The translations under genes and the position numbers were made by a program. A stretch of 64,000 bases of DNA from Vicinamibacteria bacterium (GTDB lineage: Bacteria; Acidobacteriota; Vicinamibacteria; Marinacidobacterales; Marinacidobacteraceae), in the NCBI GenBank assembly GCA_963555995.3, contig OY821641.1:1152001-1216000 (forward strand), given 5' to 3'. The notes under the pieces were generated by a model that was given only the letters and a program-made list of their open reading frames with translations, ran no database searches and was not told where the DNA came from. The number at the start of each line of letters is the position of its first letter. The first letter of the stretch is position 1. This document shows, one piece after another, positions 26,967 to 37,120 of this stretch.

Positions 26967-28400
26967 TCACCCCGCGGCGAACGCCTGAAGCGCCGGCACC
27001 AGGACCATGCTCAGGGCGATCACCACGATCGAGGTCAGGACGGTGGCCACGAGACCGACCCGGAACAACGTCCCGAATCCGACCGCGCCGAAGGAGAAGG
27101 TGGCGGCCACCGCCGGGCTGGACCAGGGCAGGGCCACCCCCTGGGCGGTGCCCGCGATGATCCGCGCGAGGATCGCCGGGTTGTAGCCGAGAGCCTCCGC
27201 CATCGGGAAGAGCATGGTCGAAACCATCATGGTGGTCGCCGTACCGCTGGCCAGTTGCGTCAGCAGCGGGGTGGCCAGCCCCGCCACCCAGGGCAGGGCC
27301 GCCGCCGTAACGTGGCCCGTGAGGATGCCGACCAGCCAGTCCAGCATGCCCAGGCTCGCGAGCACCCCGGCGAGCGCCGTCCCGCCGAGCACCAGGAACA
27401 GCAGGTTCCATCCGACGCCGCGCTGAAAGTCGTCGGCTTCCAGAGTCATCGCGCCGCGCTTCGCGTCGGCCGGCAGCACGAAGAGCAGCACCATCGCCAC
27501 GGGCGGCACGAACCAGATGTCGAGAAACCCGACGGTGACGACCGTGGGCAGGGTCCACAGGACCAGCATCAGGATCAGCACCGCCAGGACGTTCCTTTCG
27601 CCCCGGCTCATGGGACCGAGTTGCTCGCGTTCGCGGCGGAAGCGTTCGCGCGCGCCGGCGATGGCATGGATTTCGGGCCGCAGCATGAACTTCAGGATCC
27701 AGTAGCAGACCGGGAAGTGGGCCGCCGTCAGGAATACGCCGCTCAGCGTCCACTGCGCGAAGCTGACGCTGTAGCCGGTCAACTGTTCGAGCAGCGAGAG
27801 GGCGAGCGCGTTGAAGACGATGCCGGCCGGCGTCGCCAGCCCGCCGGCGGCGGCGCCGTAGAGGACCGCCAGGGTCGCCGCCGCGGCCATCCGGTCCGCG
27901 CCGGGCGCCAGGGAGCGGATCAGGGACAGGACGATGGGCGTCATCGTCACGATGACCGCCAGGTCGCTGACCGCCGCGGACATCACCGCGGACACCACCA
28001 GGATCGCGAAGATCAGGCCGGCGCCGGATCGCGCCACTCCCGGCAGGGCGAGCGCGGCCAGGGCGATTCGCCGCGCCAGGCCGTGTTTCCGGAACGCGTG
28101 CCCGAACAGCATGATGCCCATCAGATAGGGGAAGATGGGCTGGCCGTAACGGGCGGCGACCTCGGAGAAGGGCATCGCGCCAAGCGGGAGCAGGACGAGC
28201 GGCAGGAAGCTGGCGACCGCCCAGGGCACGGGCCGGGTGACCCACCACGCCACCGTCCACGCGCTGCAACCGAGAGCGAAGTGCGCCTCGGGAGCGAGGC
28301 CGGTCAGGGGTGCGGCGTGGACGAGCGCGAACGCCGCCGGCCCCGCCAGCAGGCGCCAGCCGAACCCTCGCCGGCCGGTCGGCGCCTCACCGGCCCCCAT
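26967..28400 (-). CDS. DASS/SLC13 sodium:dicarboxylate/sulfate symporter
   Basis: Many TM helices; HGLARRIAL, AGGLATPAGIVFN, SFAQW, GVGWNLLFLVLGG. Confidence 0.85.
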   Translation of the reverse strand: MGAGEAPTGRRGFGWRLLAGPAAFALVHAAPLTGLAPEAHFALGCSAWTVAWWVTRPVPWAVASFLPLVLLPLGAMPFSEVAARYGQPIFPYLMGIMLFGHAFRKHGLARRIALAALALPGVARSGAGLIFAILVVSAVMSAAVSDLAVIVTMTPIVLSLIRSLAPGADRMAAAATLAVLYGAAAGGLATPAGIVFNALALSLLEQLTGYSVSFAQWTLSGVFLTAAHFPVCYWILKFMLRPEIHAIAGARERFRREREQLGPMSRGERNVLAVLILMLVLWTLPTVVTVGFLDIWFVPPVAMVLLFVLPADAKRGAMTLEADDFQRGVGWNLLFLVLGGTALAGVLASLGMLDWLVGILTGHVTAAALPWVAGLATPLLTQLASGTATTMMVSTMLFPMAEALGYNPAILARIIAGTAQGVALPWSSPAVAATFSFGAVGFGTLFRVGLVATVLTSIVVIALSMVLVPALQAFAAG

Positions 28401-30150
28401 CGCTGGCCTCCGGGACGTCCACCCGGACGGTGACGATTTCCGAGTCGTGGAACTGCTCGTGGCGAACCGAGGTCGCGAGGTGGCGCAACAGTCGCAGCGA
28501 GACTTCCTGCTCCGCGCGTACCGGGTCGGGCCGGTCGGTCAACAGGCCGATCCGGTCCTCGACGTTCTCCTCACCGGCCGCGGCGATGAACTCGAGGACC
28601 GCACCCCCGCTCTCCTTGCGCGCCCTGAGCAGCAGGCGCCGCCGCTCGGGTCTTTCGGGGTCCCGTTCCTCCCCGGTCAGCGTCAGCAACGTCTCCTCGC
28701 TGACCGCGTCCAGACGGTCCACCATCGCCGCGCCCCAGCCGTTACGGGCGGTGAACGCGCCGAGGAACTCCCGGATCTTCGGCATCGCGGACAGATCGAG
28801 GCCCACCTCGATCCGGCTGCGCCGGGGCGCCGTCGCCTCGAGGAACAGCGTCATGAAGATGGCCACCACGCTGCCGGCCGTGATTCCGTTCCGCAACAGG
28901 CCGCCCGCGAACTCCGCGAGAACCTGGGGGAAGATCAGGTCGTTCTGGCAGCCGACCCCGACCCAGAAGGCGACCCCGGCGATCAGCGCCTTGCGGTGAT
29001 CCATCCCGCCCTGCAGCACCTCCGTCATGCCGCGGACGAAGCTCATCGCCAGCACCACGGTCAGGTAGGCCACCACGACCGCGCTGGGGATCGCCAGGAT
29101 CAGGGCGAGGACCTTGGGGAGGAACGCCAGCGCGATCAGCGCGCCCCCGGCGGCGATCCCCACCCGGCGGGACGCCACCCCGGTCAGCTCCACCGTCGGG
29201 ACGCTGATCCCGATGGTCTGGGTCGGCATGATCGCGGTGAAGCCGGACAGCAGCTTGCCGATGCCGTCCGCCGCCACCGCGCCCTCCACCGCCCGGTAGT
29301 CCACGGCCCGCTCCCGCCGCCAGGACACGCGCTGGATGGCGACCGCCCCGGTGATCGTCTGGATGGCGCCGATGAGGGCCACGAACCCGAAGGCCGGAAG
29401 GAGCTCCACGAACGCCGGCCCGAAGTCGAGCCCGATACCCGGCCAACCTCCCTCCGGCACGCCGACCCAGGGCGCCCGGCCGACGCGGCCCGGATCGTAG
29501 AGGCCCAGCGATGCGGCGACCAGGGTGCCGGCGACGATCCCGACGAGCGGCGCCCACAGGCGCAGGGTCGCCCCTCCCTTCAACGAGATGGCGCTGATGA
29601 TCAGGATCGTCGCCAGTGCGGTGAGCGGCGCGTCCAGCGGCGCCGCGTCGCCCGGCGCCTCGGCCAGGCGGGTGAACACCACCGGCAGCACCGTCGCCGG
29701 CACCAGCATGTTGACCGTGCCGACGATGGTCGGCGTGAGCAGCCGCCGGAACAGGGCGAGCCGCAGCGAGATCACCACCGGGACGAGCGACGAGGCGATG
29801 ACCAGTGTCGCGAGCAGCAGCGGACCCCCTTCGACGAGCGCGGTGACGCAGACCCCGATGTAGGCCCCGGCGGGGCCCATCGCGAGTACGTATCCCGCTC
29901 CGATGCGGCCCAGCCGGACCGCCTGCAGCGCCGTGGAGATGCCGCTGACGGCCACCGCGCTGAACACCGCCCACGAGAGGTAGGCGTCCGTGCCGCCGGC
30001 GACCCGGATCACGATGGTCGGGATCAGGACGATGCTGGCGAGCCCGAGCACCACGAGCTGCAGCCCGGAACCGAGCGTGAGTGCGGTCGGCGGCCTCTCG
30101 TCGGCTTCGTAGCGAACGCCGGCGTCCGGCGGCGCGTTGCGGGCGCTCAC
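28387..30150 (-). CDS. NCS2 permease with C-terminal degenerate RsbW/HATPase-like domain (paralog 2)
   Basis: Colinear with 13693-15447: VRYEADERPP, AIQRVSWRR, ELTGVASRRVG, LEFIAA, LRLLRH, VRHEQFHD. Confidence 0.82.
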   Translation of the reverse strand: MSARNAPPDAGVRYEADERPPTALTLGSGLQLVVLGLASIVLIPTIVIRVAGGTDAYLSWAVFSAVAVSGISTALQAVRLGRIGAGYVLAMGPAGAYIGVCVTALVEGGPLLLATLVIASSLVPVVISLRLALFRRLLTPTIVGTVNMLVPATVLPVVFTRLAEAPGDAAPLDAPLTALATILIISAISLKGGATLRLWAPLVGIVAGTLVAASLGLYDPGRVGRAPWVGVPEGGWPGIGLDFGPAFVELLPAFGFVALIGAIQTITGAVAIQRVSWRRERAVDYRAVEGAVAADGIGKLLSGFTAIMPTQTIGISVPTVELTGVASRRVGIAAGGALIALAFLPKVLALILAIPSAVVVAYLTVVLAMSFVRGMTEVLQGGMDHRKALIAGVAFWVGVGCQNDLIFPQVLAEFAGGLLRNGITAGSVVAIFMTLFLEATAPRRSRIEVGLDLSAMPKIREFLGAFTARNGWGAAMVDRLDAVSEETLLTLTGEERDPERPERRRLLLRARKESGGAVLEFIAAAGEENVEDRIGLLTDRPDPVRAEQEVSLRLLRHLATSVRHEQFHDSEIVTVRVDVPEASDGGR

Positions 30151-30259
30151 GACGCTGCCCGCGGGCGCCGGGCATCACCCCCGGGGCTGACGTTCCGGGT
30201 GGCCCGCGACGAGCCCGGCCAAATCGTCCCGTCCTCCACTTCCATGGCTGGCGGTCAGG

Positions 30260-31000
30260 CTATCCGCGTTTCTTCCCGCCGCCCAGAATCGCGGCGCGAA
30301 GCGCCCGCGACTGCTCCGAAAACCAGGTGTCCAGGAACCCTTCCCGCTTCTCGGCGGCCTGGCTCAGGGCCCGCTCCGCGAACCCGGCGCGGAGTTCCCG
30401 CTTCGTGTGGGTGTACGCCTCGCGAGGAAGGGCCCCCAGCTCTTCGGCCCGCTCCGCCGCCCGCTCCGCCAGGTTTCCGGGTTCGGCCAGTTCGTGAAGG
30501 AAGCCGTTCGCGAGGGCGTCCTCGGGTCCCGTGAGCCGGCCGCGCAGGAGCACCTCCGCGGTCCGCTCCGGCGGAATGGCCGCCCGCAGGACCTCGAAGG
30601 CCGCCGCCGGAAAGATGACCCCGAGCTGCACTTCGGAGACGCCAATCCGATAGGCGCCGGTGGCCCCCATCCGGACGTCGCAGGCGGCCGCGAGGATCGC
30701 GCCGCCCGCCACCGCGTGGCCGTTCACCGCGGCGACGGTGGGGCAGGGGAAGAGGAAGAGCCGGCGGACGAGCTCGTCGAAGGCTTCGACGAACGCGCCC
30801 ATCGCGTCGCGGTCCTCCGGCAGTCCCGCGAGATCGAGACCCGCCGAAAAGAAACGGCCCGTTCCGGTCAGGACCAGCGGCCGGCCGCCCGCTTCGGCTT
30901 CATCGAGGCTCGCCCCCAGTTCGGCGACCAGCGCCGGGTCGAGGGCGTTCGCCGGCCCGTGGCGCATGGCGGCCACGAGGGCCGACGGCGCGGACGACAC
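30260..31000 (-). CDS. Enoyl-CoA hydratase/isomerase (crotonase superfamily)
   Basis: FFSAGLDL, VAAVNGHAVAGG, IGVSEVQLG. Confidence 0.9.
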   Translation of the reverse strand: MSSAPSALVAAMRHGPANALDPALVAELGASLDEAEAGGRPLVLTGTGRFFSAGLDLAGLPEDRDAMGAFVEAFDELVRRLFLFPCPTVAAVNGHAVAGGAILAAACDVRMGATGAYRIGVSEVQLGVIFPAAAFEVLRAAIPPERTAEVLLRGRLTGPEDALANGFLHELAEPGNLAERAAERAEELGALPREAYTHTKRELRAGFAERALSQAAEKREGFLDTWFSEQSRALRAAILGGGKKRG

Positions 31001-31025
31001 GGGCCGGGAAGCCGTACTCGCGGGT

Positions 31026-31655
31026 TTACTCGAGTCCGGCCAGGACTTCCATCAGCGGTTCGTAGTCCTCACGGATCTGGTAGTCGTAGTTGACGTACTG
31101 GAGGACGCCCTCGCGATCGATCACGAAGGTCGCGCGCGAAGCGTAGGTCGCGCCGTTGATCTCGAGCGGGGTCACGCCGTAGGCGCCGACGACCTCCGCC
31201 TGGCGGTCCGAGAGCAGCACCAGTCCCGGCAGTTCACCCTCGGCGGCCGGCGCCACCATCATTCCGGATTCCTCGCCCATGTTCTGGAGCCAGTTCCACT
31301 GGGAGAAGGGGGTGTCCACGCTGATTCCGAAGACCTGGGTGTCCGCATCCAGAAACTTCTGGATGTCGTCCTTGTAGGACGAGAACTGGAGCGTTCAACC
31401 ACCCGTCCAGTCGGCCACGTAGAAGGCCAGCACGATGTTCTTCCTGCCCAACGCGGCGCTCATGTCGAGCTTCGCCGCGCCCGGCGATTCGCCCGCGGTG
31501 GAGGGCAGCGGATTCGGGAACATGGGCGCCTTGTCTCCCACCCGGAGCGAGACGTCCTGCGCCACGGCCTCAGGAATCCCCGCGGCCGCGGCCAGCCCGG
31601 CAACGAGCCCGAGGGCCAGGACGCCGGACAGTCGGCGGCTCTTGATGTGTTTCAT
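31026..31655 (-). CDS. Exported peroxiredoxin (AhpC/TSA-like) with in-frame UGA (probable selenocysteine) at 31395-31397
   Basis: ORFs 31395-31655 and 31026-31319 are one frame: LRVGDKAP...VLAFYVADWTGG*TLQFSSYKDDIQKFLDADTQVFGISVD...LLSD...SRATFVIDREG. The stop falls at the peroxidatic TxxC position. Confidence 0.85.
31346..31382 (-). promoter_or_regulatory. Candidate SECIS: two hairpins 3' of the UGA
   Basis: mRNA after UGA: 12 nt, then UCGUCCU-ACA-AGGACGA, then CAUCCAGA-AGUU-UCUGGAUG. Confidence 0.55.
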
Positions 31656-31846
31656 GGAGAACCTCCCTCGGTTGCGCCATCTGGTTCGGAGTGCGGATCA
31701 TGCCCGCTGGCCGTGCCTCCCGCAAGGGTGGCGCTTTCGGCCGTTGCCGCGGTACGGCGCCGAGCCTCCTCGGCCGCGCGGACCAGGCGCCGGCGGTGCT
31801 ATTCTGATTCGCTCGGTTCTCGTTCCAGAAAGGCTCCCAGGCACCC

Positions 31847-32323
31847 GTGACACTGTCCTTCCGCGCCCGCCTCGAGGCGGAAGTGCGCGAACTCGAGGAA
31901 GAGCTGCACCTGCGGCTTCCCCAACAGATCAAGGAGGCCCGCGAGCACGGCGACCTTTCCGAGAACGCGGAGTACGAGGCCGCGAAGGACCGGCAGAGCT
32001 ACGTGGGCGCCCGCCTGGCCCAGCTCAAGGGCCGCCTCGCGGATCTGTCCATGGTGAGCATGGACAACATTCCGGCGGACCGGGTATCGCTCGGCAGCCA
32101 GGTCGCGGTCGTGGACCTCGACACCGACGAGGAGTTCCGCTACGAACTCGTGGTCAGCGAGGACGTGGACGCCGCGGCGGGCAAGGTATCCACCGGCTCC
32201 CCGATCGGGAGGGCGCTCATGGGAGCCCGGGTGGGAGACGAGGTGAGCGTGCACACGCCGCTCGGCGAGCGCGAGTTCGAGATCCGCGAACTCCGCACGA
32301 TTCACGACCGGGATTCCTCGTGA
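31847..32323 (+). CDS. greA: Transcription elongation factor GreA
   Basis: AREHGDLSENAEYEAAK, SPIGRALMG. Confidence 0.95.
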   Translation: MTLSFRARLEAEVRELEEELHLRLPQQIKEAREHGDLSENAEYEAAKDRQSYVGARLAQLKGRLADLSMVSMDNIPADRVSLGSQVAVVDLDTDEEFRYELVVSEDVDAAAGKVSTGSPIGRALMGARVGDEVSVHTPLGEREFEIRELRTIHDRDSS

Positions 32324-33672
32324 GAACCACAGGCAGGCCCCGCTCCGCCATCACGGCCATCGGGCTCGCCCTCGCGGTCGCGGGACCGCCCGCCGCCGCG
32401 GCGGCCGCTCCGGACGTCCATCAGGTGGACGTGGTGGACATCATCCACTCGGTGTCCGCCCGCCGGGTGCTGACGACGATCTCGGCGGCGGAGGAGGCGG
32501 GCGCCGGTCTCGTCCTGATCCGCCTCGATACTCCGGGAGGTCTCGACACCGCGATGCGGGAGATCATCGAGGCGATCCTGAACAGCGCGGTGCCGGTCGC
32601 CGTCTTCGTGGGTCCCTCCGGTTCGCGGGCCGCCTCCGCCGGCTACCTGATCACCCTGGCGGCGGACGTCTCGGGGATGGCGCCGGGCACCAACATGGGT
32701 GCGGCGACCCCCATCGCCGGGACGGGCGGCGAGATGCCCGAGACCCTGAGCCGGAAGGTCGAATCCGATGCCGCGGCCTACCTGAGGTCCATCGCCGAGC
32801 GCCGGGGGCGCGACGTCGCCCTCGCCGAGCAGGGTGTCACCGAGGCGCGGAGCTGGACGGCCTCGGAAGCGCTCGACGCCGGCCTCGTTGACCTCATGGC
32901 CGACGACACCGGGGAGTTCCTGGCGGCCGTCCACGGCCGGACCGTGACCCGGATTGACGGGACGGAGGTCACGCTCGATACCGCCGACGCGCTCATCGTC
33001 GAGACCGAGATGAGTTTCCGGGACCGGGCCCTTTCGGTGATCGCCAACCCGAACCTGGCGGTGCTGCTCGGGATGATCGGCCTGCTCGGGCTCTACCTCG
33101 AGTTCTCGAACCCCGGCCTCCTCATCCCGGGCATTCTCGGAGGCATCGCCCTCCTGCTCGCCGCCTTCGGCCTCAACTTCCTGCCGGTCAGCCTTCTCGG
33201 AGTGCTGCTCCTGCTCGCTGGAATCGGCCTCCTGACCGCCGAGGCGCTCACCCCGTCGTTCGGCATAATGGGGCTCTCGGGAGCGGCAGCACTGGTGATC
33301 GGCCTTCTTTTCTTCTTCGAGGAGCAATCCCTGCCCACGCCCGCGCTGACGTTGACTTGGGGACTCGTCGTTCCGTCCGTCCTGGTGTTCGTGGTCCTCG
33401 TGTTCTTCCTCGGTCAATTGGTGGTCCGCGCCCAGCGGCGTCCCGCGGTGACCGGGCGGGAAGGGATGATCGGCCTGGTGGCCACCGTGCGCAGTGACAT
33501 CCCGTCAGACGGCGAGGGCAAGGTGTTCGTCCACGGCGAGTTCTGGGACGCCGTCGCCGCGGCCCCGGTGAACGCGGGCGAGCGGGTCACGGTGCTGGCG
33601 GTGGAGGGGTTGATCCTCCGCGTCGGCCCGGCCTCCAAACAACCTCTTGTAAAGCAAGGAGCTGATTCATGA
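32320..33672 (+). CDS. nfeD: NfeD long-form membrane-bound ClpP-class serine protease
   Basis: [26 protein letters not shown] bundle, C-terminal OB fold [12 protein letters not shown]; GTG start overlaps the greA stop. Confidence 0.9.
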   Translation: MRTTGRPRSAITAIGLALAVAGPPAAAAAAPDVHQVDVVDIIHSVSARRVLTTISAAEEAGAGLVLIRLDTPGGLDTAMREIIEAILNSAVPVAVFVGPSGSRAASAGYLITLAADVSGMAPGTNMGAATPIAGTGGEMPETLSRKVESDAAAYLRSIAERRGRDVALAEQGVTEARSWTASEALDAGLVDLMADDTGEFLAAVHGRTVTRIDGTEVTLDTADALIVETEMSFRDRALSVIANPNLAVLLGMIGLLGLYLEFSNPGLLIPGILGGIALLLAAFGLNFLPVSLLGVLLLLAGIGLLTAEALTPSFGIMGLSGAAALVIGLLFFFEEQSLPTPALTLTWGLVVPSVLVFVVLVFFLGQLVVRAQRRPAVTGREGMIGLVATVRSDIPSDGEGKVFVHGEFWDAVAAAPVNAGERVTVLAVEGLILRVGPASKQPLVKQGADS

Positions 33673-34451
33673 CTTTCGGACTTCCCCTGGGAGCCCTGGT
33701 AGCCATCGCGTTCGCGGTGATCTTCGTTCTCAACTGGATCAAGATCCTGAACGAATACGAGCGCGGCGTGATCTTCCGGTTCGGCAAGCTGTTGCCGAGG
33801 CCCCGGGGTCCGGGCCTCGTGCTGGTCTTCGCGCCCATTGATCGGATGGTGCGGATCAGCCTGCGGCTCATCGCTTTCGACGTTCCGCCCCAGGACATCA
33901 TCACCCGCGACAACGTGTCGGTGAAGGTGAACGCGGTGGTGTTCTTCCGGGTGGTGGACCCGACCAAGGCGGTCATCGAGGTCGAGGACTTCCTGTACGC
34001 GACCTCGCAGCTTGCGCAGACCACGCTCCGCAGCGTCCTCGGTCAGGTGGACCTCGATGACCTGCTCTCGCAGCGCGACCAGTTGAACGTCCAGTTGCAG
34101 GGCATCCTCGACAAGAGCACCGATCCCTGGGGGATCAAGGTGGCCTCCGTCGAGGTCAAGCACGTGGACCTGCCGGGCGAAATGACCCGGGCGCTCGCGC
34201 GCCAGGCCGAGGCGGAACGCGAGAAGCGCGCCAAGGTCATCCACGCCGAGGGCGAGTTCCAGGCCTCCGCCCAGCTTGCCCGAGCCGCCGAAGTCGTGGG
34301 CACGCATCCGCTGGGCGCCCAGCTTCGTTACCTGCAGACGCTGACCGAGATCGCCACCGAGAAGAACTCGACCATCATCTTCCCCCTCCCGCTCGACCTG
34401 GTGAAGCCCTTCCTCGAGCTGCATTCGGGCAAGGACTCCTCGAAGGACTGA
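33669..34451 (+). CDS. SPFH/stomatin (slipin) family protein
   Basis: [50 protein letters not shown]. Confidence 0.94.
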   Translation: MTFGLPLGALVAIAFAVIFVLNWIKILNEYERGVIFRFGKLLPRPRGPGLVLVFAPIDRMVRISLRLIAFDVPPQDIITRDNVSVKVNAVVFFRVVDPTKAVIEVEDFLYATSQLAQTTLRSVLGQVDLDDLLSQRDQLNVQLQGILDKSTDPWGIKVASVEVKHVDLPGEMTRALARQAEAEREKRAKVIHAEGEFQASAQLARAAEVVGTHPLGAQLRYLQTLTEIATEKNSTIIFPLPLDLVKPFLELHSGKDSSKD

Positions 34452-34603
34452 CCGCCCCGACTCGAACGCGCGGCGGCCACCGACCCAATACCTTCAAGTA
34501 ACGCTTTAGAAATTCTCCGTAACTTCTGTTAGTGTCATAACAAAGGTGCGGGGAGACGCTGCGTACGGAGTGTCCTGACGCGCCATTCCGTCAGGAGGTT
34601 CCC

Positions 34604-35341
34604 ATGCACGGCCACCACGACAGCGACCACTACGACGTCCAGTTCACGACGCGGCAACTCGTCATGTTGTTCGGCCTGCTCATCGTGATCGTGGTGGGCG
34701 TCTTCGTCGGGGGAATCGTCATCGGACGCGGCATGGTTCCCGATGCAGCGGAAGCGATGATGGCCCGCCGCACGAGCCCGGTCCCGGCGCCCGCGCCGGC
34801 GAAAGCGGCCCCTCCCTCCGTTGCCGAGGCGCCCGCGGAAGACGCTCTCCGCCTGCCGATCCGCTCCGAGCCGCAGCCTGCCGCGAGGACCGCGTCCCGC
34901 ACGCCGGCTCCGCAGCGGACCGGGCGGGTCCCGTCCGCCCCGGCGGCCCGGCCCGCGGCTCCGGCCCCGGCGCGAGCGACTCCGGCGGCGCGGCGGCCGG
35001 CCCGCCCGGCCTCCACGAGTCCCGAACAGCTCGCGAACCGGACCCTCGCCGCCCCCGAATCTCGCGCCGCCCCGAGTACGGCGCCGGTCACGGCGGCCGA
35101 CCCGCCGAAGCCGGCCGCCACCGGGAAGTTCACCATTCAGGTTGCCGCCTTCCGCGACCGGGCGGCTGCCGAGCGGATGTTGGAGCAACTCGCGGCGCGG
35201 GGAATCGAGGGCTACCTGGAGGGCACTCCGGCCGGGATGTTCCGGGTGCGCGTCGGCCAGTTCGAGAGCCGGGAGGCGGCCCGGGCGCTGGCGGCGCGGC
35301 TCGAAAGCGAGCAATTCGCGACCCTGGTCACGAGCCGGTAG
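34604..35341 (+). CDS. SPOR-domain protein (DedD/FtsN-like architecture)
   Basis: AGGAGG RBS; N-terminal TM, Pro/Ala linker, C-terminal FTIQVAAF...FRVRVGQFESR. Confidence 0.85.
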   Translation: MHGHHDSDHYDVQFTTRQLVMLFGLLIVIVVGVFVGGIVIGRGMVPDAAEAMMARRTSPVPAPAPAKAAPPSVAEAPAEDALRLPIRSEPQPAARTASRTPAPQRTGRVPSAPAARPAAPAPARATPAARRPARPASTSPEQLANRTLAAPESRAAPSTAPVTAADPPKPAATGKFTIQVAAFRDRAAAERMLEQLAARGIEGYLEGTPAGMFRVRVGQFESREAARALAARLESEQFATLVTSR

Positions 35342-35364
35342 GAATCTGCAACGCAGATTCCTCC

Positions 35365-35582
35365 GGAACGCCGGTCTCCAGACCGGCACGCGCGGCGCTC
35401 CGCGCCGCGCACGTCGCAACCCCACGCGGCAACCGCGCCCCCGATCCCGGCTCGGAGTCAAGAGTGGAGTTGGCGCGCCCGGCTTGGAACGCCGGTCTCC
35501 AGACCGGCACGCACGGTGCTCCGCACCGCGCACGTCGCAACCCCACGCGGCAACCGCGCCCCCGATCCCGGCTCGGAGTCAA
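35365..35582 (+). repeat. Tandem pair of about 97-bp REP-headed units
   Basis: GGAACGCCGGTCTCCAGACCGGCACG...CACGTCGCAACCCCACGCGGCAACCGCGCCCC...GATCCCGGCTCGGAGTCAA at 35365-35461 and 35486-35582. Confidence 0.9.
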
Positions 35583-35688
35583 CAGTTCTTGGCGTTGCCC
35601 GACTTCCGTCCCTCGTAGCTCGCCAAGGCCATGCGTTTCCGGGACCGCGCACTAGAATTCGCGCCTTCCCACCGGCGGAAAACCACTC

Positions 35689-36844
35689 ATGAGTCAGGAA
35701 CTGCTCGACCGTTACCAGGATCTGTGCGGTCGCGCGGTCGTCGCCCGGGGGTTTCTTTGACCCGGATCGCCTGAGCGAGGAGATCACCCAGCTCGACGAG
35801 CGCCTGAGCGATCCGGCGGTGTGGTCGGCTTCGGGCGACGGCGAGGCGCTGTCCCGGCGCCGCGCGAGCGTGCTTGCCGAACTGGAGCGGAGCACCGCCT
35901 TCGAACGGTCGGTGGACGAGGTCGAGACGCTGGCCGAGTGGATCCGGGAAGGTGAAGACGTCGCCGACGACTTTCGCGAGCACCTCGACCGTCTGGAGAG
36001 CCAGCTCGACGAATTCGAACTCGGGCGGCTCTTCGCCGGCGAACACGACGCCGAGGACGCGATCGTGACCATCAATCCCGGAGCCGGCGGGACCGACGCC
36101 CAGGACTGGGCCGAGATGCTCCTGGGCATGTATATCCGCTGGGCCAGGGGCCGCGGGTTCGAGATCGAGCTCCTGGACCGCCAACCGGCGGAGGAAGCGG
36201 GCATCAAGGGCGCCACCTTCGAGGTCAAGGGCGATCACGCCTACGGCCGCCTCCGCGTCGAGTCGGGAGTCCACCGGCTGGTCCGGATGTCCCCCTTCGA
36301 CACCCAGCACCGCCGCCACACGTCCTTCGCCTCGGTAGCCGCCTTTCCCGACCTCGACGACCGGATCGAGATCGAGGTGGACGAGAACGACCTCCGCATT
36401 GACACCTTCCGGGCCAGCGGGAAGGGCGGCCAGCACGTGAACGTCACCGATTCCGCGGTCCGCATCACCCACCTGCCGACGGGGATCGTGGTCTCCTGCC
36501 AGAACGAGCGTTCCCAGCACCGCAACCGGGACAGCGCCATGAAGGTCCTGCGGGCGCGCCTCTACGACCGGGCGGTGCGCGAACGGAAGGCTCGGGAGGA
36601 AGCGGAGAAGGAGAGCCTGGGGGACAACACCTGGGGGAACCAGATCCGGTCCTATGTGTTCCAGCCCTACCGCATGGTGAAGGACCACCGCACGAACTTC
36701 CAGGTGGGGGACGTGGACCGGGTGATGAACGGCGACCTCGACGGCTTCATCAAGGCCGGCCTGACGCTCGCGGCCTCATCGACGTCGAGCGGTTCGGGAG
36801 CGGGGGCACGCGACGGTCCGGGTTCCCGTCGTCCAGGCTCGTAG
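35689..36844 (+). CDS. prfB: Peptide chain release factor 2 (programmed +1 frameshift)
   Basis: ATG 35689, 23 codons ending GGGGG-TTT-CTT-TGA-C (TGA 35758-60); the +1 frame continues into ORF 35819-36844 with SPF and GGQHVN motifs. Confidence 0.95.
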
Positions 36845-37120
36845 CGCCGGTCCCCCGCTCCCGAACCGCCCGGCGCTTCGCGCCGCAGCGCCGCAAGTGC
36901 GGCGCGAGCCGCACGCAGGCCCCGGAGCGGGAGGGGTTGGGGCCGGGGAACCCGGCTTCCAACCCCTCCTGGCTCGGGAATCGAAACTCCCTCGCGCGCT
37001 CGGGCGCGCTTCGGCGAGTTCCGATTTGTCGTTACTTTCTTGTGAAAGGGGGTAACCCCCGGGGTAACCCCCTTTCACGCATTCCCCCGAAACTGCGGGC
37101 AGCGAACGGAATTCGCTGCC
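36789..37120. repeat. Array of long hairpins (structured intergenic element)
   Basis: 18-bp perfect inverted repeat 36789-36806/36852-36869; further hairpins at about 36888-36905, 36930-36969, 36979-37026, 37042-37078 and 37098-37120. Confidence 0.6.

Noticed and set aside
31026-31655. Peroxiredoxin pseudogene or two small genes
   Set aside because: The single stop is TGA exactly at the catalytic position, both halves are intact, and hairpins follow, so Sec is more parsimonious. Not proven without sel genes.
35689-36844. prfB as a frameshifted pseudogene
   Set aside because: The shift site is the canonical CTT-TGA-C programmed frameshift with an upstream SD-like GGGGG.
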